35,910 nucleotides of DNA, from NCBI RefSeq assembly GCF_001194135.2, contig NC_068983.1, positions 113,723,393-113,759,302 of the forward strand, given 5' to 3'. Position numbers and translations under genes: made by a program. This stretch comes from Octopus bimaculoides (Eukaryota). This document shows positions 1 through 12,757 of the stretch, piece by piece. The notes below the pieces were generated by a model. The model had not been told where the DNA came from. It worked only from the letters and a program-made list of their open reading frames with translations, and searched no databases. Every line of letters begins with the position of its first letter. The first letter of the stretch is position 1.

Positions 1-58
<58 letters not shown>
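1..58. repeat. (GT)n microsatellite
   Basis: Direct reading. Confidence 0.99.
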
Positions 59-60
<2 letters not shown>

Positions 61-94
61 GTGGAGGTAACTATGTGCGTCCTGGACAATTGAT

Positions 95-160
95 ATTGGT
101 TCGTTTACATTTCCAAATGCTAACCGTTCGGTAAAGGCGTCCGATAGAATAAGTCCTGGA
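95..160 (+). mobile_element. Family A SINE body fragment
   Basis: GTTTACA..TCC...CGTTCGGTAAAGG.GTCCGATAGAATAAGTCCTGG resembles the 31280-31365 body. Confidence 0.5.
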
Positions 161-406
161 TTGACTTGTGTAGGATTTTGTGCTCTCTTTCTTCTTCTCC
201 CTCTCTCTTTCTCTCTCTCTCTCTCTCACAAAATTACTCTCTTTCATTCTCTCACTCTTTCTAACTCTCTCTTTCTCTCTGTCTCTCCCTCTCTTTATTC
301 CCCATTAATGACAATGCTTCTCGCACTCCTCTTTTTGTATATATATTCCAAAGTCACCGTCAGCGTCTCCATCCCCCTATCGCTACCTTAACAGCCAACA
401 GTTTCT

Positions 407-453
<47 letters not shown>

Positions 454-2220
454 GTGTGTGTGTGTGTGTGTGGAGTTGCGTGTTCGTTCTGGTTAGCATT
501 CACGTACATGTGTGATTACGTCATTTTATACTTGCCAACATAGGATACGTCATAATCTAGTCCACCCGTCCAACTCGATTTGATCGCTGACATTTCGATC
601 TGACCTGAGTTACAAATTGGATTTATTTTACACTGTATGAAATCTAGGAGATTCTTTCAGTTCCTAAATGACCTTGTAAAATTTTACAGTTTTCGGGTGT
701 ATGTACAAGCATAAAGTAGATAGTTTCTGAAGCATGAAAGTGTATTTTTCAAATGAGTTTCTGAAAATAAGATGCCTTTTAATTAGTTCTACACATTTTG
801 TCTTACTGTAAAATCAATGTAATACTTATAAGTAAGCAGCAACAAATTAATCGAAAAATGGAAGTCAATGACAGGATATTAGACGTTATAGCGTTTGTTT
901 GCAGTTACATATAGTGGCTTCAAAAATACCCAGATCACATCCTCTTCAACAATTGTCCTTCATTTCCAAGCAACGATGTAAAGTTAAAGTTCTCTATCTC
1001 CACCTCTCTCTTTATCTTTCTCTCTCATCCTCTCTCTCTAAATCTATCTGTCTGTCTTTATATCTATCTATCTATTTGTCTGTCTCTATATCTATATATC
1101 TGTCTATCTATCTTTCTCTTTTTTTTTCTGATTCATATCCCTTTCACTATTGCTGCTTCTTTCTTATTCTCTTCGTTCGCTTATTACCGTACTATGGTTC
1201 GTATCTTATTGATTACTCGCACAAAAGATTTTTTTCAATATATGTAGATATCGAAATGATATGGAAAGGTGTGGCGGTTGAAGAGTTATTTTAGTGATGC
1301 ATGGAAGAAATGGTAATCAATTGAGTACTCTTTGATATAGTTAATTCATCGAGAGAAACTATTCAATCTTCGTTAATGTATTCAGTCTGCCCTACCACTC
1401 TATCATCAATCATTTGATGCTATTGAAAACGGCATTTGATTCTCTCGAGTCTCGTATTTACTTTATTCTTTTTACCTTTTAACTACTGACACCGAAAATA
1501 CTGAATCTTATGCCTCCATTTTCTCTTATCTATAATTACATATCTATAATTACTCATCTCTAATTACATGCTCTAAATTATTTCTAATTTTGCTATTTAA
1601 TAATATATCCCTAGTTCAGTAACTAACATCAAATGAATTCACGATAACATTTTTTTTTTTCTGATTTCTTAGTTTGAAATGGCTATCATCGCTCATTCAG
1701 CTTATATAGTAGTACTAAAATATATACTAATTTTGCTAGTGCATGTATATTACGTATCATAATAATACGAGGAATACATTCAGTAAATGACAACTAACAT
1801 TTTTATAACTGATTATGTTGAAGTTGTTTCCTTACTACTAAGCCATCTCTCAACCGATTAACCTAAGTTTTGTGAAAGTGTGCTCTAAGATCGTGTTGGG
1901 ATAATTTGTTAAGGGTGCATAAGAGAATGGGTCCTTTTGAGACTCCATTTTGGGAAATAGTAGATTATTGGAGGGGTTAAGGGTGTTTTAACCTACTGAT
2001 TCTGCGTAAAAGTCATTTGATATCGATGCTAGGGTGTTGAAGAGATTTGGGCGCTGAGATAATCTTTTTTTTTATTCTACTCAGCTAATTGATTTTTACT
2101 GTGAATGAGCCACGACAGAAACTAAAATAATACCGAGATGCTCAAAATTATGACAGGAAATAAAGCTACGGTCTACGATACGTCATTAACAATAGTCATT
2201 TTTCACTGTGTAATAATTAT

Positions 2221-2345
2221 TTCTACTCTAGGCATAAGGCCTTCAAAAGTTGTTTTTTGTGGGGGGGAGTTAGTCGATTACATCGACACCAGTGCATAAC
2301 TGGTACTTATTTCATTGACCCTCGAAAGGATGAAAGGTTGCGACC
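2221..2345 (-). mobile_element. Family B SINE fragment
   Basis: AGGCATAAGGCC...GTCGATTACATCGACACCAGT...GTACTTATTT..TGACCC.CGAAAGGATGAAAGG matches 15295-15390. Confidence 0.65.
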
Positions 2346-2557
2346 ATACTGGAGTGCCTCCTTGTAGGGTTAGTCGAAAAGCCCAACCCTAGTACTTATT
2401 TTAAGTCTAGTACGTACCCTATGAGTCTCTTTTATGAAACTGCCAAGTTATATGGACATAAATAAACCAACTCTGGTTGTCAAAAGAGCGTTGGGAGAAC
2501 GAAAACAAATAAAAATTCACACGCATATGTATATATGTGTATGTGTGTACGTGTTTC

Positions 2558-2600
<43 letters not shown>

Positions 2601-3485
2601 ATGAGCATGTGTGTGTGTGTGGTAAGTAGCTTGTAAACCTACCACATGGTTTCGGGTTCAGTCCCACTGCGTGGCACTTTANNNNNNNNNNNNNNNNNNN
2701 NNNNNNNNNNNNNNNNNNNNNNNNNNNNNNNNNNNNNNNNNNNNNNNNNNNNNNNNNNNNNNNNNNNNNNNNNNNNNNNNNNNNNNNNNNNNNNNNNNNN
2801 NNNNNNNNNNNNNNNNNNNNNNNNNNNNNNNNNNNNNNNNNNNNNNNNNNNNNNNNNNNNNNNNNNNNNNNNNNNNNNNNNNNNNNNNNNNNNNNNNNNN
2901 NNNNNNNNNNNNNNNNNNNNNNNNNNNNNNNNNNNNNNNNNNNNNNNNNNNNNNNNNNNNNNNNNNNNNNNNNNNNNNNNNNNNNNNNNNNNNNNNNNNN
3001 NNNNNNNNNNNNNNNNNNNNNNNNNNNNNNNNNNNNNNNNNNNNNNNNNNNNNNNNNNNNNNNNNNNNNNNNNNNNNNNNNNNNNNNNNNNNNNNNNNNN
3101 NNNNNNNNNNNNNNNNNNNNNNNNNNNNNNNNNNNNNNNNNNNNNNNNNNNNNNNNNNNNNNNNNNNNNNNNNNNNNNNNNNNNNNNNNNNNNNNNNNNN
3201 NNNNNNNNNNNNNNNNNNNNNNNNNNNNNNNNNNNNNNNNNNNNNNNNNNNNNNNNNNNNNNNNNNNNNNNNNNNNNNNNNNNNNNNNNNNNNNNNNNNN
3301 NNNNNNNNNNNNNNNNNNNNNNNNNNNNNNNNNNNNNNNNNNNNNNNNNNNNNNNNNNNNNNNNTATATATATATATATATATATATATATCGGCCCGGA
3401 GCTCTGGTGAAAGACATTGTCCCACAGTGCTGCACACCGAGATTAACCTTTATTCCACTTGGTGACGAAGCAAACTCTTTAACCA
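2345..3485. mobile_element. Family A SINE pieces around a gap: minus body 2345-2510, plus head 2613-2681, minus head 3391-3485
   Basis: GGTAAGTAGCTTG..CCACATGGTTTCGGGTTCAGTCCCACTGCGTGGCAC matches the head at 31060-31120. The flanking pieces match the reverse complement of the body and the head. Confidence 0.65.
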
Positions 3486-4907
3486 AAATGTGTTGATTTA
3501 AAAATTAAGTTTTACTGTTTGTACGTGCGTAATATTTATGTGTGTGCGTGTATTTGTGTGTATGTGTGTGTGCCTGTATATATGTGTCTGAGAAAGCGAG
3601 AGAGAAAGACAGAAAGAGAGAGAAAGAGAGAAAAAGAGGGGGAGAAAACGAAAGAGTAAGAGTGAATGAGAGAAAGAGAGAGAGATTCTATGTATGAAAG
3701 TAACTTTGATTTGATATTTTCGTGTTAATATTGAGTTAATTTGCAAGTAACAATTGCTTTTGAATGTTTTTGTCATTGTAAATAAAAGGCAACATATTTA
3801 TTTACTTTGAGAGGCTGTTATTTCCATTATTTCCTCTTTAGATTGACGTAAACATTTAATGAATCAAGGCTATAGTGTTATATTGTTAATTAGCATTAAT
3901 AATATATTTCACTTAGTTTAGATATATAATATATTTCACTGTATAGCCATACAGAGAACTTGAAAGTTGTCTTTTCTTTTTACGATTATTTGAAAATGAA
4001 GAGAACAATTTTCATTATATATTCCCTTAGTTCTTTTAACATTTATATAAATTTTTCCGGCTGTTGCATTTAAAAATAAGGTCTACGTATTCTGGTTGAC
4101 ATTTTACAAGTTAAAATAAAAATTAAGCCCATCTAAATTTGCTCGCCAGTAATTAAACTAATGAAAAAAACACTTTCTTTCTGATGGCCAATGAAGAGTG
4201 ACTTATTTGCTTATTCACCAAATAAAACTTTAATGTTTTGATATATGTCTACTCTGTAGATAAAAAAAGAGATATATGATGATTAATTCACCGACAACAA
4301 ATCAGCTTGCTAAGTGATTACCGAGCAGTGTAATTACCAGACGATGAAACTATTGGCAATGCATTTATCACGATGTAAATTAACTGCGATGAATTTACCA
4401 AAGACCTTATTATATTGAGAGTTAGTTTTTATCTTCTATCTAATTAATTTTGATAACAGGGGGGTAGTTGGTATTTGAGAAATATTTGGCTTTAATTTCG
4501 AGAAACTGCTTTGATGCTATCGTTAATATTACTACTGTTGGTATCGTTTAGTTGTTGCTGGCGTCGCGATCACCATCGTCGTCGTTTTCACTTACTTAAT
4601 TAAGGGAGAACAAACTCCAATTGATACCATCAATTTCAGTACATCTTCGTGAGAATAAAGAAAGTGGTTTCTTATTGCCATGGGTTGACTACAACAGCTC
4701 AACATGGCAAGCTAACGGAGCACCCTTTAATGGTACATAAAACTTTCGAAAAAAAGCAGTATCCAAAATCAAGCTAACGGCACTTTTCAAAATTTCTCAG
4801 CAGTAAAGAAAACTGTTTGTAAGTGAATTAAGTGAATTAAACGACTTGAAACTTTAATCACTGGCCACATACACAACGCATTATATATTTGAAGATATGA
4901 ACAGTAA

Positions 4908-5017
4908 GCCAGTCTTCAGTTAGCCAGTCTTCAGTTAGCCAGTCTTCAGTTAGCCAGTCTTCAGTTAGCCAGTCTTCAGTTAGTCAGTCTTCAGTTAGCC
5001 AGTCTTCAGTTAGCCAG
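4908..5017. repeat. Minisatellite (GCCAGTCTTCAGTTA) x7.3
   Basis: Seven 15-bp units with a single substitution in unit 6, plus a partial unit. Confidence 0.95.
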
Positions 5018-6293
5018 CTACTGTTCGTGTTACAATTTCAGTAATAACTTCTCAACATTTCTTCAAATCAATACGATTGCTTTGCAATAAATATTGATTA
5101 CCACTACAAATTCTTGCAATATAGGAAATATGGTACCGTTTCTCCACAGTTAAGTGAACTGAAGCAATATAAAATATTGGTGTCCTGCGATGGATTTGAA
5201 TTCACGATTCATTAGTTACCAGACTAATAGCATATATATTTGGGCGTTTCCTTCTTACAAATATGGTTGCAGAAATATTAATTTGCTGGAGTTAATACAC
5301 CGCTCTTGCCAATTGCACAACGTAGCATTTTTCCCCCTTTTTCCCAATATATTTCTAAATAATGTTAATACAGTGAATAAATTTAACAGAAAAATATTTT
5401 CTTATAATTCAAGATACTAATATTTTAAAGAAAAATAACGAAACTCTTAAAAGATGTAGAGAAGAGAATGTTTTACTTCAAAACTATTAAAATTATTCAA
5501 GCTGACATTAGATTATCTTCGGTAGGTTGTCACATGTTATATATCGAGTTGAACAGATATAGTATGTTGGAAAAAATCTACATCATCTGCTATTGATGAG
5601 TAATTGTAATTTAATTGTATTACAATGGCGGCAATCAGAGTAACTATTAAAGTGTCGTTGTTCGCCTCAATACTATTTGAAACCAGCGAGCCACGATTTT
5701 ATGGCTTTAGTATTATTGTTCACTTCAGAGCGACAGACGACACATTTTTGTTTTCATAAGTTTGTGTGTTATTTTCTTCACTAAAGTGAGAAGTATCTCT
5801 CTCTCTCTCTCTCGGTCGCTCGCTCTAATTCGTTTCCTCCCTCCCACTCTCTCATTGTCTATCTTGTTAAACACATTTATATAAAACATTAGGAGGGAGA
5901 GAGCCGCCATCCCAGCTGACGTACTGCGCCGTACTATGTTAGCCATGGCAGAGAGACCCCGAGAATGTTCTCTTGGAGGTAGCTGCTATCTAAAGGATAT
6001 GATATTCAAACCTTCAATATTTTTATAAACTACTGTACTTTGTTTATGTATTGCACACTTTACTTAATAAATGTGCTTGTTCAAGAGGTAGTTATTCGCA
6101 TTTAAAATGTGTTCCATCATTATGAAACACTCTGTATTAGTTGCATTTCTTCGGCCCTTTTATTTCGGCATCGTTTCTATCATCCTGTTACCTACTCGTT
6201 ATTCAATCAGATCTAAGATCCAGTTTTTCTTTCTTCCTATCATTACTTCTCTCAACTCAAATTTCGATAACTGTACCAAAGTTTGTATCACCC

Positions 6294-6296
<3 letters not shown>

Positions 6297-6376
<80 letters not shown>

Positions 6377-6410
6377 TCTCTCACTTTCTCTTTCTTTCTT
6401 TCTTTCTTTC
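6297..6410. repeat. (CT)n / (CTTT)n microsatellite
   Basis: Direct reading. It is the source of the SLSL/ERER ORFs. Confidence 0.98.
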
Positions 6411-6919
6411 CGCTTGCTGTTCTGACATAATATTAAAAGGACAGGCACACAAACATGTATGCAACATAAGTGTACTTAAACAGATCGTTCGATCTTCTAG
6501 AAATAGCAAATAAATGTCCTCAGATCACATCCTAATGTCTTAAAAAAGCGAAACATATTCTGGCCAATACAGTCTCAGATATAAAAAAAATATTAGTTGG
6601 TCGTGGCTTAAATGCTTTTAATCACAAATTTGTTCAATGAGGACTGACATGGTGCTAAACAATAATAAAAAATGACGACAAACGAAAACTAAAATATATA
6701 AAAATATTTTATAAAAAACAAATTGTGTAAAAATAAACTAATGATATTTCACAGTCTCGTTAGCTTGACAGCGAACAGACTCGAGCTAATTATCTATATT
6801 TGAATTATTCAGTTTGTCACTCTGTGTTCGAGTTTAGGCTTTCAATACGCTCAACTACGAAACATTTTTTATAATAAGGAAATAAGTTCGAGTTATGCGT
6901 TTTCAACAACCTTGATTAT

Positions 6920-7140
6920 GAAATGAAATCGAAGACATAACTAAAATCTTTAACACAAATGAAACACATTAGATTGTTATAATTTCAACCGTACAATTTT
7001 TTATGGAATGATATTGAAGACAGTCGAAATCTTTAACATATGAAACGTATTAGAATGTTACAATTTCAACGACCTCAGCTATGGATTGATGGCAAAAACA
7101 TAATCAAAATTTTTAACATAATGAAACAATATTAGGAAAA
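6920..7140. repeat. Degenerate ~75-80-bp tandem repeat, about 3 units
   Basis: Recurring GAAGACA...AAATCTTTAACA.A.ATGAAAC..ATTAGA.TGTTA.AATTTCAAC. Confidence 0.6.
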
Positions 7141-8426
7141 TTTATAAATTTATGCGTATAAATATCTGAAAAAATATTTATGAAATGTGGAATTTCCATG
7201 AATCCTGTTAGTTCTTTATTATCTATAATTAACTTGTCTTCGAATTCTTTGTCAACTTTAAAAAAAAAAACAGAAAAAAAAAATTATTTAGAAATGATGA
7301 AAGGATAAGCCACTCATAATACAATTAGAACACAGATGTACGTGATATTTTCTGTTAAACTAAGTCACGCTCTATCTTCAGCAGCTGCTTATAAAAAGGC
7401 TATGGCATAAGTTGGATATATGTTACACAAGTAGACAGAACATGTTTTAATAAGTATGATTTGCTGAAGCGGAATAAAGCCGTTGATTTTCTGAAATGGA
7501 AAAACCTTTAGGTTACTAATCTAATGTTTTGCATAATCAGTGATCCAAATGTTCATGTATGGTGACATTTGTGCTTCTTTGAACAGACAGGCAGGCAGAC
7601 AAATAGGAAAACAGACAGACAGCTACAGAGAGAGAGAGAGAGAAAGGGGGAGAAAGAGAGAGAGATACTGACAAATAGAACTATATTCAAACATACATAA
7701 CTAAACACACAAGTGCATATATAAGTATATGGTAAGTATAGGTGAGTATATGTCCTTACTTTCACTATACATAGATAAATATGTGTGTGAGTGTGTATGA
7801 AAGTGTGTGTCTGTGTATGTGTGTTTGTGTGTCCGTGTGTGCGCGTGTGGGTGATTGTGCGCATGCATGCATGCATATATGTACGTATGTATTATGATGT
7901 GAGAGTATACGTGGGTGAACACAATGTGCTGTATAGTGTGCGTAGATGAGTTTGTGTCGTTACTTTCGTTTGTATGAGTGGAGTGTGAATCTGCTTGTGT
8001 ATGTGTATAGCGTATGTGTAATGTGTATAGATGAGGTGTTTCATTACTGTCGTTTCGTAAACAGTCATAAAGCGAATGACATTTTAAGTGATATTTTCTG
8101 ATCGTTTAAAGGAGCTGTCATTTGATCTGAAGTTGTTTTGATAATCACTTCGTATTTCACTGAACAAAACTGTTATAAGTGTTTGAGGAATATTTGTGGG
8201 TGGGTATTTTCTTGGGGTTTTATTACGTAAATTTGTCTTCTGTATTCTTCACCCTGTCGATATTCTACGATAGAAAATATCAATGTATTTGACAGAATTG
8301 TATAAAATGACAAAAAGTTGGAAGGCAACTTCAGCAAGGAACCATATAAATACATATACACATATATATACACATACATATATATATATATATATGTGGG
8401 GGGTGAGAGAGAGAATGTTGTTTGTT

Positions 8427-9030
8427 ATGGCCGGTAAGAGAGTACCGCTGGTTTTGCACTTATAGAAGAAATAAAAGAATCAAAGGAATTAGTAACGAAA
8501 GATGGAAACAATATCCATCTAAACACATCGAAAGAAATTATAAAAGAAACGAACATAAAAACGGTCAGGTACAAATGCCTAAACATCAAAAAATAAGAAG
8601 TCGAACAAGCTACTAAACAGCAACTAAAAATATTACTTAGAGCAATTTGGAAGGATATGGCCTTTGTAACACATGGAAAACGGTTCGACACTGTGGAAGT
8701 GCGTTTTGTAACAGTCAAAGAGGCAAAACAGTATTCCACAGTGCAACTAAAGACTGAAGAATTCCAGCTCATGCTGACATACCTAGGTCGGCGCGTTACA
8801 AAAATTAAAATTGAGGAGGTGCCCCCTGAAATAAATATATATTTGCTGGTGGTGGCTGTCCTCTTTGATATAGAAGACACCGCCACAATACTGTGTTGTT
8901 GGGCCTTTCCAAAAGACTTTATAAAAATCTCGTGGAGACGTCCACACCAAAGACCAGGGGGACAACCCTGCCAGACAACAAAATGTTACTATCGAACAAT
9001 GAGAGAATATCCATTGTCCTAAAAAGGACA
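8427..9030 (+). mobile_element. Decayed ORF1/gag-like frame of a probable LINE (L1/Tx1-like)
   Basis: A coding-like, A-rich frame runs from ATG 8427 (MAGKRVPLVLH*..KELVTKDGNNIHLNTSKEIIKETN..*..AIWKDMAFVTHGKRFDTVEVRFVTVKEAKQYSTVQLKTEEFQLMLTYLGRRVTKIKIEEVPPEI..). It has in-frame stops and ends near a degenerate KCYY...CPKK knuckle-like remnant. The family assignment is inference. Confidence 0.5.
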
Positions 9031-9911
9031 TTCAATAATCAGTAATCCTGATAAATTACTCGGCATACCTAGTTCAACTACCCACGTTGGACGGGGCGGC
9101 TAAAAGTATGAACAGTAGGAAACTAGAACAGATATCGCTAGAAGCACTCGGTCATGGGAATCTACGAGAGACTTGGGTCGGGTGTGAATGAAATCAATGG
9201 GTGAGAGTTGGATGAGTTGGATGAGGTGAAAGGAGAAATGTAACATATAGTAAGAAGTTTAAAGGAGCGAGTGATAGTTCTAGTAGCAAGGGATAGAAAA
9301 TAGAGCTTCTAGTGATTGATAAAAGTAAATATTTTTGGCATGATAAGAGCGTTGAAAATTTACGTGTTCATTTCTAATCTAATGCAAATGCGTGAATGAA
9401 TAGAGTTTTTTTTATCTTTTGTCTTTATAACAGCTGATTATTTAAGCGAGATTTGGAATTAAATCACAAGGAATTGTTCTTATTTGATGAAAATTGCATG
9501 GTACATGGAAATAATACCTCATTAAGGAACAGCAAAGTAATTTTCTTACCATCAAACAAACATCGTTAATTCAACGAAGGCATCATACAAGCCTTAAAAT
9601 CCTATTATCGAAGTGACATTTTATACAAGGATTTTCACCGAAATCAATTATATCCATTGCTATCCATTGCTATCCATTGCTATTCAGATGCAAATACAGT
9701 TGCAAAGCGGATATCATTACGTATTGCATTTGCTAGCTAAGTCATAGAAGTAAATCCCTAAGAAAACTTTAAACTTATCTAGAAACAAAGAGGGATTATC
9801 TAAAGCTAGTACATAGATTCCTGTTTGCAAGGAATTAGAGCATATTACAAATGAAATTCTTGACAGATTCCACAGACGATATTAATATATATTATATGTA
9901 TCATATATTAC

Positions 9912-10275
9912 GTGTGGAGGCACAATGGCCCAGTGGTTAGGGCAGCGGACTCGCGGTTTCGATTCCCAAACCGGGCGTTGTGAGTGTTTATTGAGCGGAA
10001 ACACCTAAAAGCTCCACGAGGCTCCGGCAGGGGATGGTGGCGAACCCTGCTGTACTCTTTCACCACAACTTTCTCTTACTTCCTGTTTCTTTTGTGCCTG
10101 TAATTCAAAGGGTCATCCTTGTCACACTGTGTTACGCTGAATATCCCCGAGAACTACGTTAAGGGTACACGTGTCTGTGGAGTGCTCAGCCACTTACATG
10201 TTAATTTCACGAGCAGGCTGTTCCGTTGGTCGGATCAACTGGAACCCTCGACGTCGTAAGCGACGGTGTGCCAAC
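9912..10275 (+). mobile_element. tRNA-headed SINE (family C1)
   Basis: A-box-like TGGCCCAGTGG and B-box-like GGTTTCGATTCC. The ~160-bp 3' tail (GAGAACTACGTTAA...CGTCGTAA.CGACGG.GTG.CA) is shared with 29497-29803. Confidence 0.8.
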
Positions 10276-11054
10276 ATATATGACGAGTTTGGTGGATGAA
10301 GAAAATATTCAACATTTTACAAATTTACCTCAAAAGGTTTAAAGTTTTCCAAAGAATATTGATGTTTTAGCTTCGTATTTTCTGTGAGTTATTGAATTAT
10401 GTAAAAATCTGAATATGTATTTGAGTGAGCTGTTATCGTCTAATAAGTGTTGATATATTGAAACAAGAAGACAGATTAAAATATTTTTATTACACGTTTT
10501 TCTTGGTTTATACTTGGTTTATAGATTTGATTGTTTAGAAATTTGAATGCATTATTCAAGTGAAATATATTTTTCTATTAAACGTAGATATATTGACAGA
10601 AAATAGCATATCTATAGCTATCTGTTTATAGCTATTTATGTTTGCATAATCCATTATGTTTTCAACGTTGTCCAATACTGTGGACACTTGATTCAAGAAA
10701 TTCTGTGTTAACCAATCTGCTAATAATTAGTATAATTGTTCACTGCATTTTTAGGCATCAGTTTTGCGAATTCTTTGAGGACTTTTTTCTGTTGTTATTG
10801 TTAGCACTTGGGAATACTTCGTATGCAGTGTATGCCACCCAAGCTTGAATGAATTGGAGCTGTCAAAATGTTTTCCTTTCTTGAAGTGCGACGGGATGCT
10901 TGTTCAGTTATTTGCATGATATGCAGTGGATATGACTTAGCCGTCTATATATTTAAAATCAAATACTAACTTTCTTAGATCATTAAATTTAGTAGTTGAT
11001 GATTTTGTCCTCACAAAATCAAGAAAATTGCAGTTTCATTTCTACAACCAGAAA

Positions 11055-11115
11055 ATGCTGCGAACTGCAGTGATTGTTATATCGTTTGCTTCTTTATTAG
11101 CAACCCTCCAATGTT
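11055..11115 (+). CDS. Candidate exon A of a small secreted protein (signal peptide)
   Basis: Acceptor tttcatttctacaaccAG (11050-51), then AAA ATG and MLRTAVIVISFASLLATLQC (basic N-terminus plus hydrophobic core). Phase-1 donor T|GTAAAG is weak. Confidence 0.4.
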
Positions 11116-11381
11116 GTAAAGTGCGAATTAAGCTCTATTTTATCTTGGATAAAGATTGGGGTGTCAAATATACCATTAAGATGAAAAAGCGATTCTTGAA
11201 ATTTTGTTTAATATCCTCTTCCTCTACCGAATGCGATATAAATAAATATTTACATATATATAAATAAATTGGCGCAACGAAAAGTCTTTACACCAAATAA
11301 TAAATGTTTTATAAATAAAGTCTTCGTGTGTTTTTGACTGGCTAAGCTGTGTTTTATACATTGCAATCGTTTTCGCTTCAG

Positions 11382-11415
11382 ATCAACTCACTTGTCTAGC
11401 AAGTACACTTCCGAA
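11382..11415 (+). CDS. Candidate exon B (34 nt)
   Basis: Acceptor gttttcgcttcAG and donor GAA|GTATAT. Phase 1 to phase 2 joins exons A and C in frame: (Y)QLTCLASTLP(K). Confidence 0.3.
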
Positions 11416-11471
11416 GTATATGTATAGATTGATGTGTGTGTGTGTGTGTGTGAGAGAGAGAGTGAGTGAGT

Positions 11472-11503
<32 letters not shown>

Positions 11504-11674
11504 ATTAAAAGAGTATAAATATTGTCTGCTTAAAGTGGAAACTACGATGATAGTCTCGGAAATATATCGAACTGCTATTGATATGCAAGGTTGAATGAAC
11601 TGGTACTATACGCTTTTTTTAAACTTTCTGCAATCTGATAGGATAATTGGTCAGTTTCTTGTTTCTGGTTCTAG

Positions 11675-11801
11675 ACTTGAAGAAACTACACCAAATTCTG
11701 AAGAAATTTTAGCTGCTCCTGCAACCAATAATCAGATGCGAGAAGCACTAAAAAATACTCGTCGTGGCATGAAACCTCAATCTGAAGAATTTTTTAGTTA
11801 A
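11675..11801 (+). CDS. Candidate exon C
   Basis: Strong acceptor tttcttgtttctggttctAG. Open frame LEETTPNSEEILAAPATNNQMREALKNTRRGMKPQSEEFFS* is acidic and propeptide-like with an RR site. Possible weak phase-1 donor after 11796. Confidence 0.38.
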
Positions 11802-12214
11802 TTTGGCTATTATTCAATTGGTCATCAACAATTTCATTGTAATCATGTTGTTTCCGTTTTGTACATTAGCCTTTAGATTTTCAAATTTTTGAACATCAGG
11901 GATTCATAAACTATAATTTTTAAAATTTTATTTTTAATCAGAAACTTATTAGAGTTAGAGGGCTTACAGCTGCATGCGATTATTTTATATAAGTGCGTCT
12001 ATAAATGTTAAGAATATTTTTTCTATACAAATATATTTCGTTTGTTTTCAACGTAATTACATTTCCATTCTTAATATATTGAAACAAAACCATTTTAAAA
12101 TTTCAAATTAATGTTTTCGTTATTAAATGCACATACTTGCATTATTTTGAAAACTAATACAGCTATTGCAATATATTCCGTTTCTTTAATCATGCAGTAA
12201 TATGAATTACGTAG

Positions 12215-12217
<3 letters not shown>

Positions 12218-12258
<41 letters not shown>

Positions 12259-12264
12259 TGTATA

Positions 12265-12347
<83 letters not shown>
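12218..12347. repeat. (TA)n followed by (ATT)n microsatellite
   Basis: Direct reading. Confidence 0.98.
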
Positions 12348-12348
<1 letters not shown>

Positions 12349-12662
12349 TGGTATTTGTAATGTATCTTATGTGTGCAAGCAGATGTACGACTGATGCTGT
12401 TAAGTTTAGAGCACCACAGAGATTATTATCATCTAGTTTGCTTCCCGTATAGTGGTTAAGCATTTACTATACTTATTAGTATTACTAAATACAATATGCA
12501 TAGCAAATGTTGGAGAAATTACTAAAAATACAAATCTATATTATTTGTTCCTACATAAGTTACATAACTGAGGTTATTTGAAACTTTGCGTTGGATGTAT
12601 GCATCACGAATCTCATAAGAACTCGTGGTACATAAAAACATACATAATTATATCGTTGTCAG

Positions 12663-12757
12663 ACGAAAATCATCTGCTACGGCCGCTGGAACTGTTAAAT
12701 CACATGATTTCACCCTGTTATGGGTTCCTCAGTAACAGATGTCCAGCAGCGCAATAA
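12663..12757 (+). CDS. Candidate terminal exon D
   Basis: Acceptor tatcgttgtcAG and GC-richer sequence. The phase-1 frame gives ENHLLRPLELLNHMISPCYGFLSNRCPAAQ followed by TAA TAG. The other two frames are also briefly open, so the frame is uncertain. Confidence 0.25.

Noticed and set aside
1860-2060. Minus-strand SIDIK*L and QNGVSKGP resembling RT motifs
   Set aside because: They are in different frames and too closely spaced, with no DD motif; not distinguishable from chance.
2419-3486. Long ORFs (250-355 aa) in the track, also at 25091-25744, 17753-18177, 20650-21069 and 30753-31143
   Set aside because: They are open only because they run through N gaps and (TA)/(CA) repeats.
4515-4655. 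Hydrophobic or TM-like short frames (VAGVAITIVVVFTYLIK; MLSLILLLLVSFSCC), with a similar case at about 29047-29110
   Set aside because: They derive from low-complexity GTT/GTC/CTA-type triplet sequence and have no convincing partner exons.
4908-5017. CRISPR-like regular repeat
   Set aside because: The units are contiguous with no spacers, and the context is eukaryotic.
6107-6513. SLSL, ERER, poly-L, poly-I and poly-N ORFs here and at 12218-12463 and 27542-28090
   Set aside because: These are translations of microsatellites.
12663-12720. Plus-strand AAGTVKSH resembling the C-terminus of R4-type ORFs
   Set aside because: It is on the opposite strand to the adjacent element and the match is too short.
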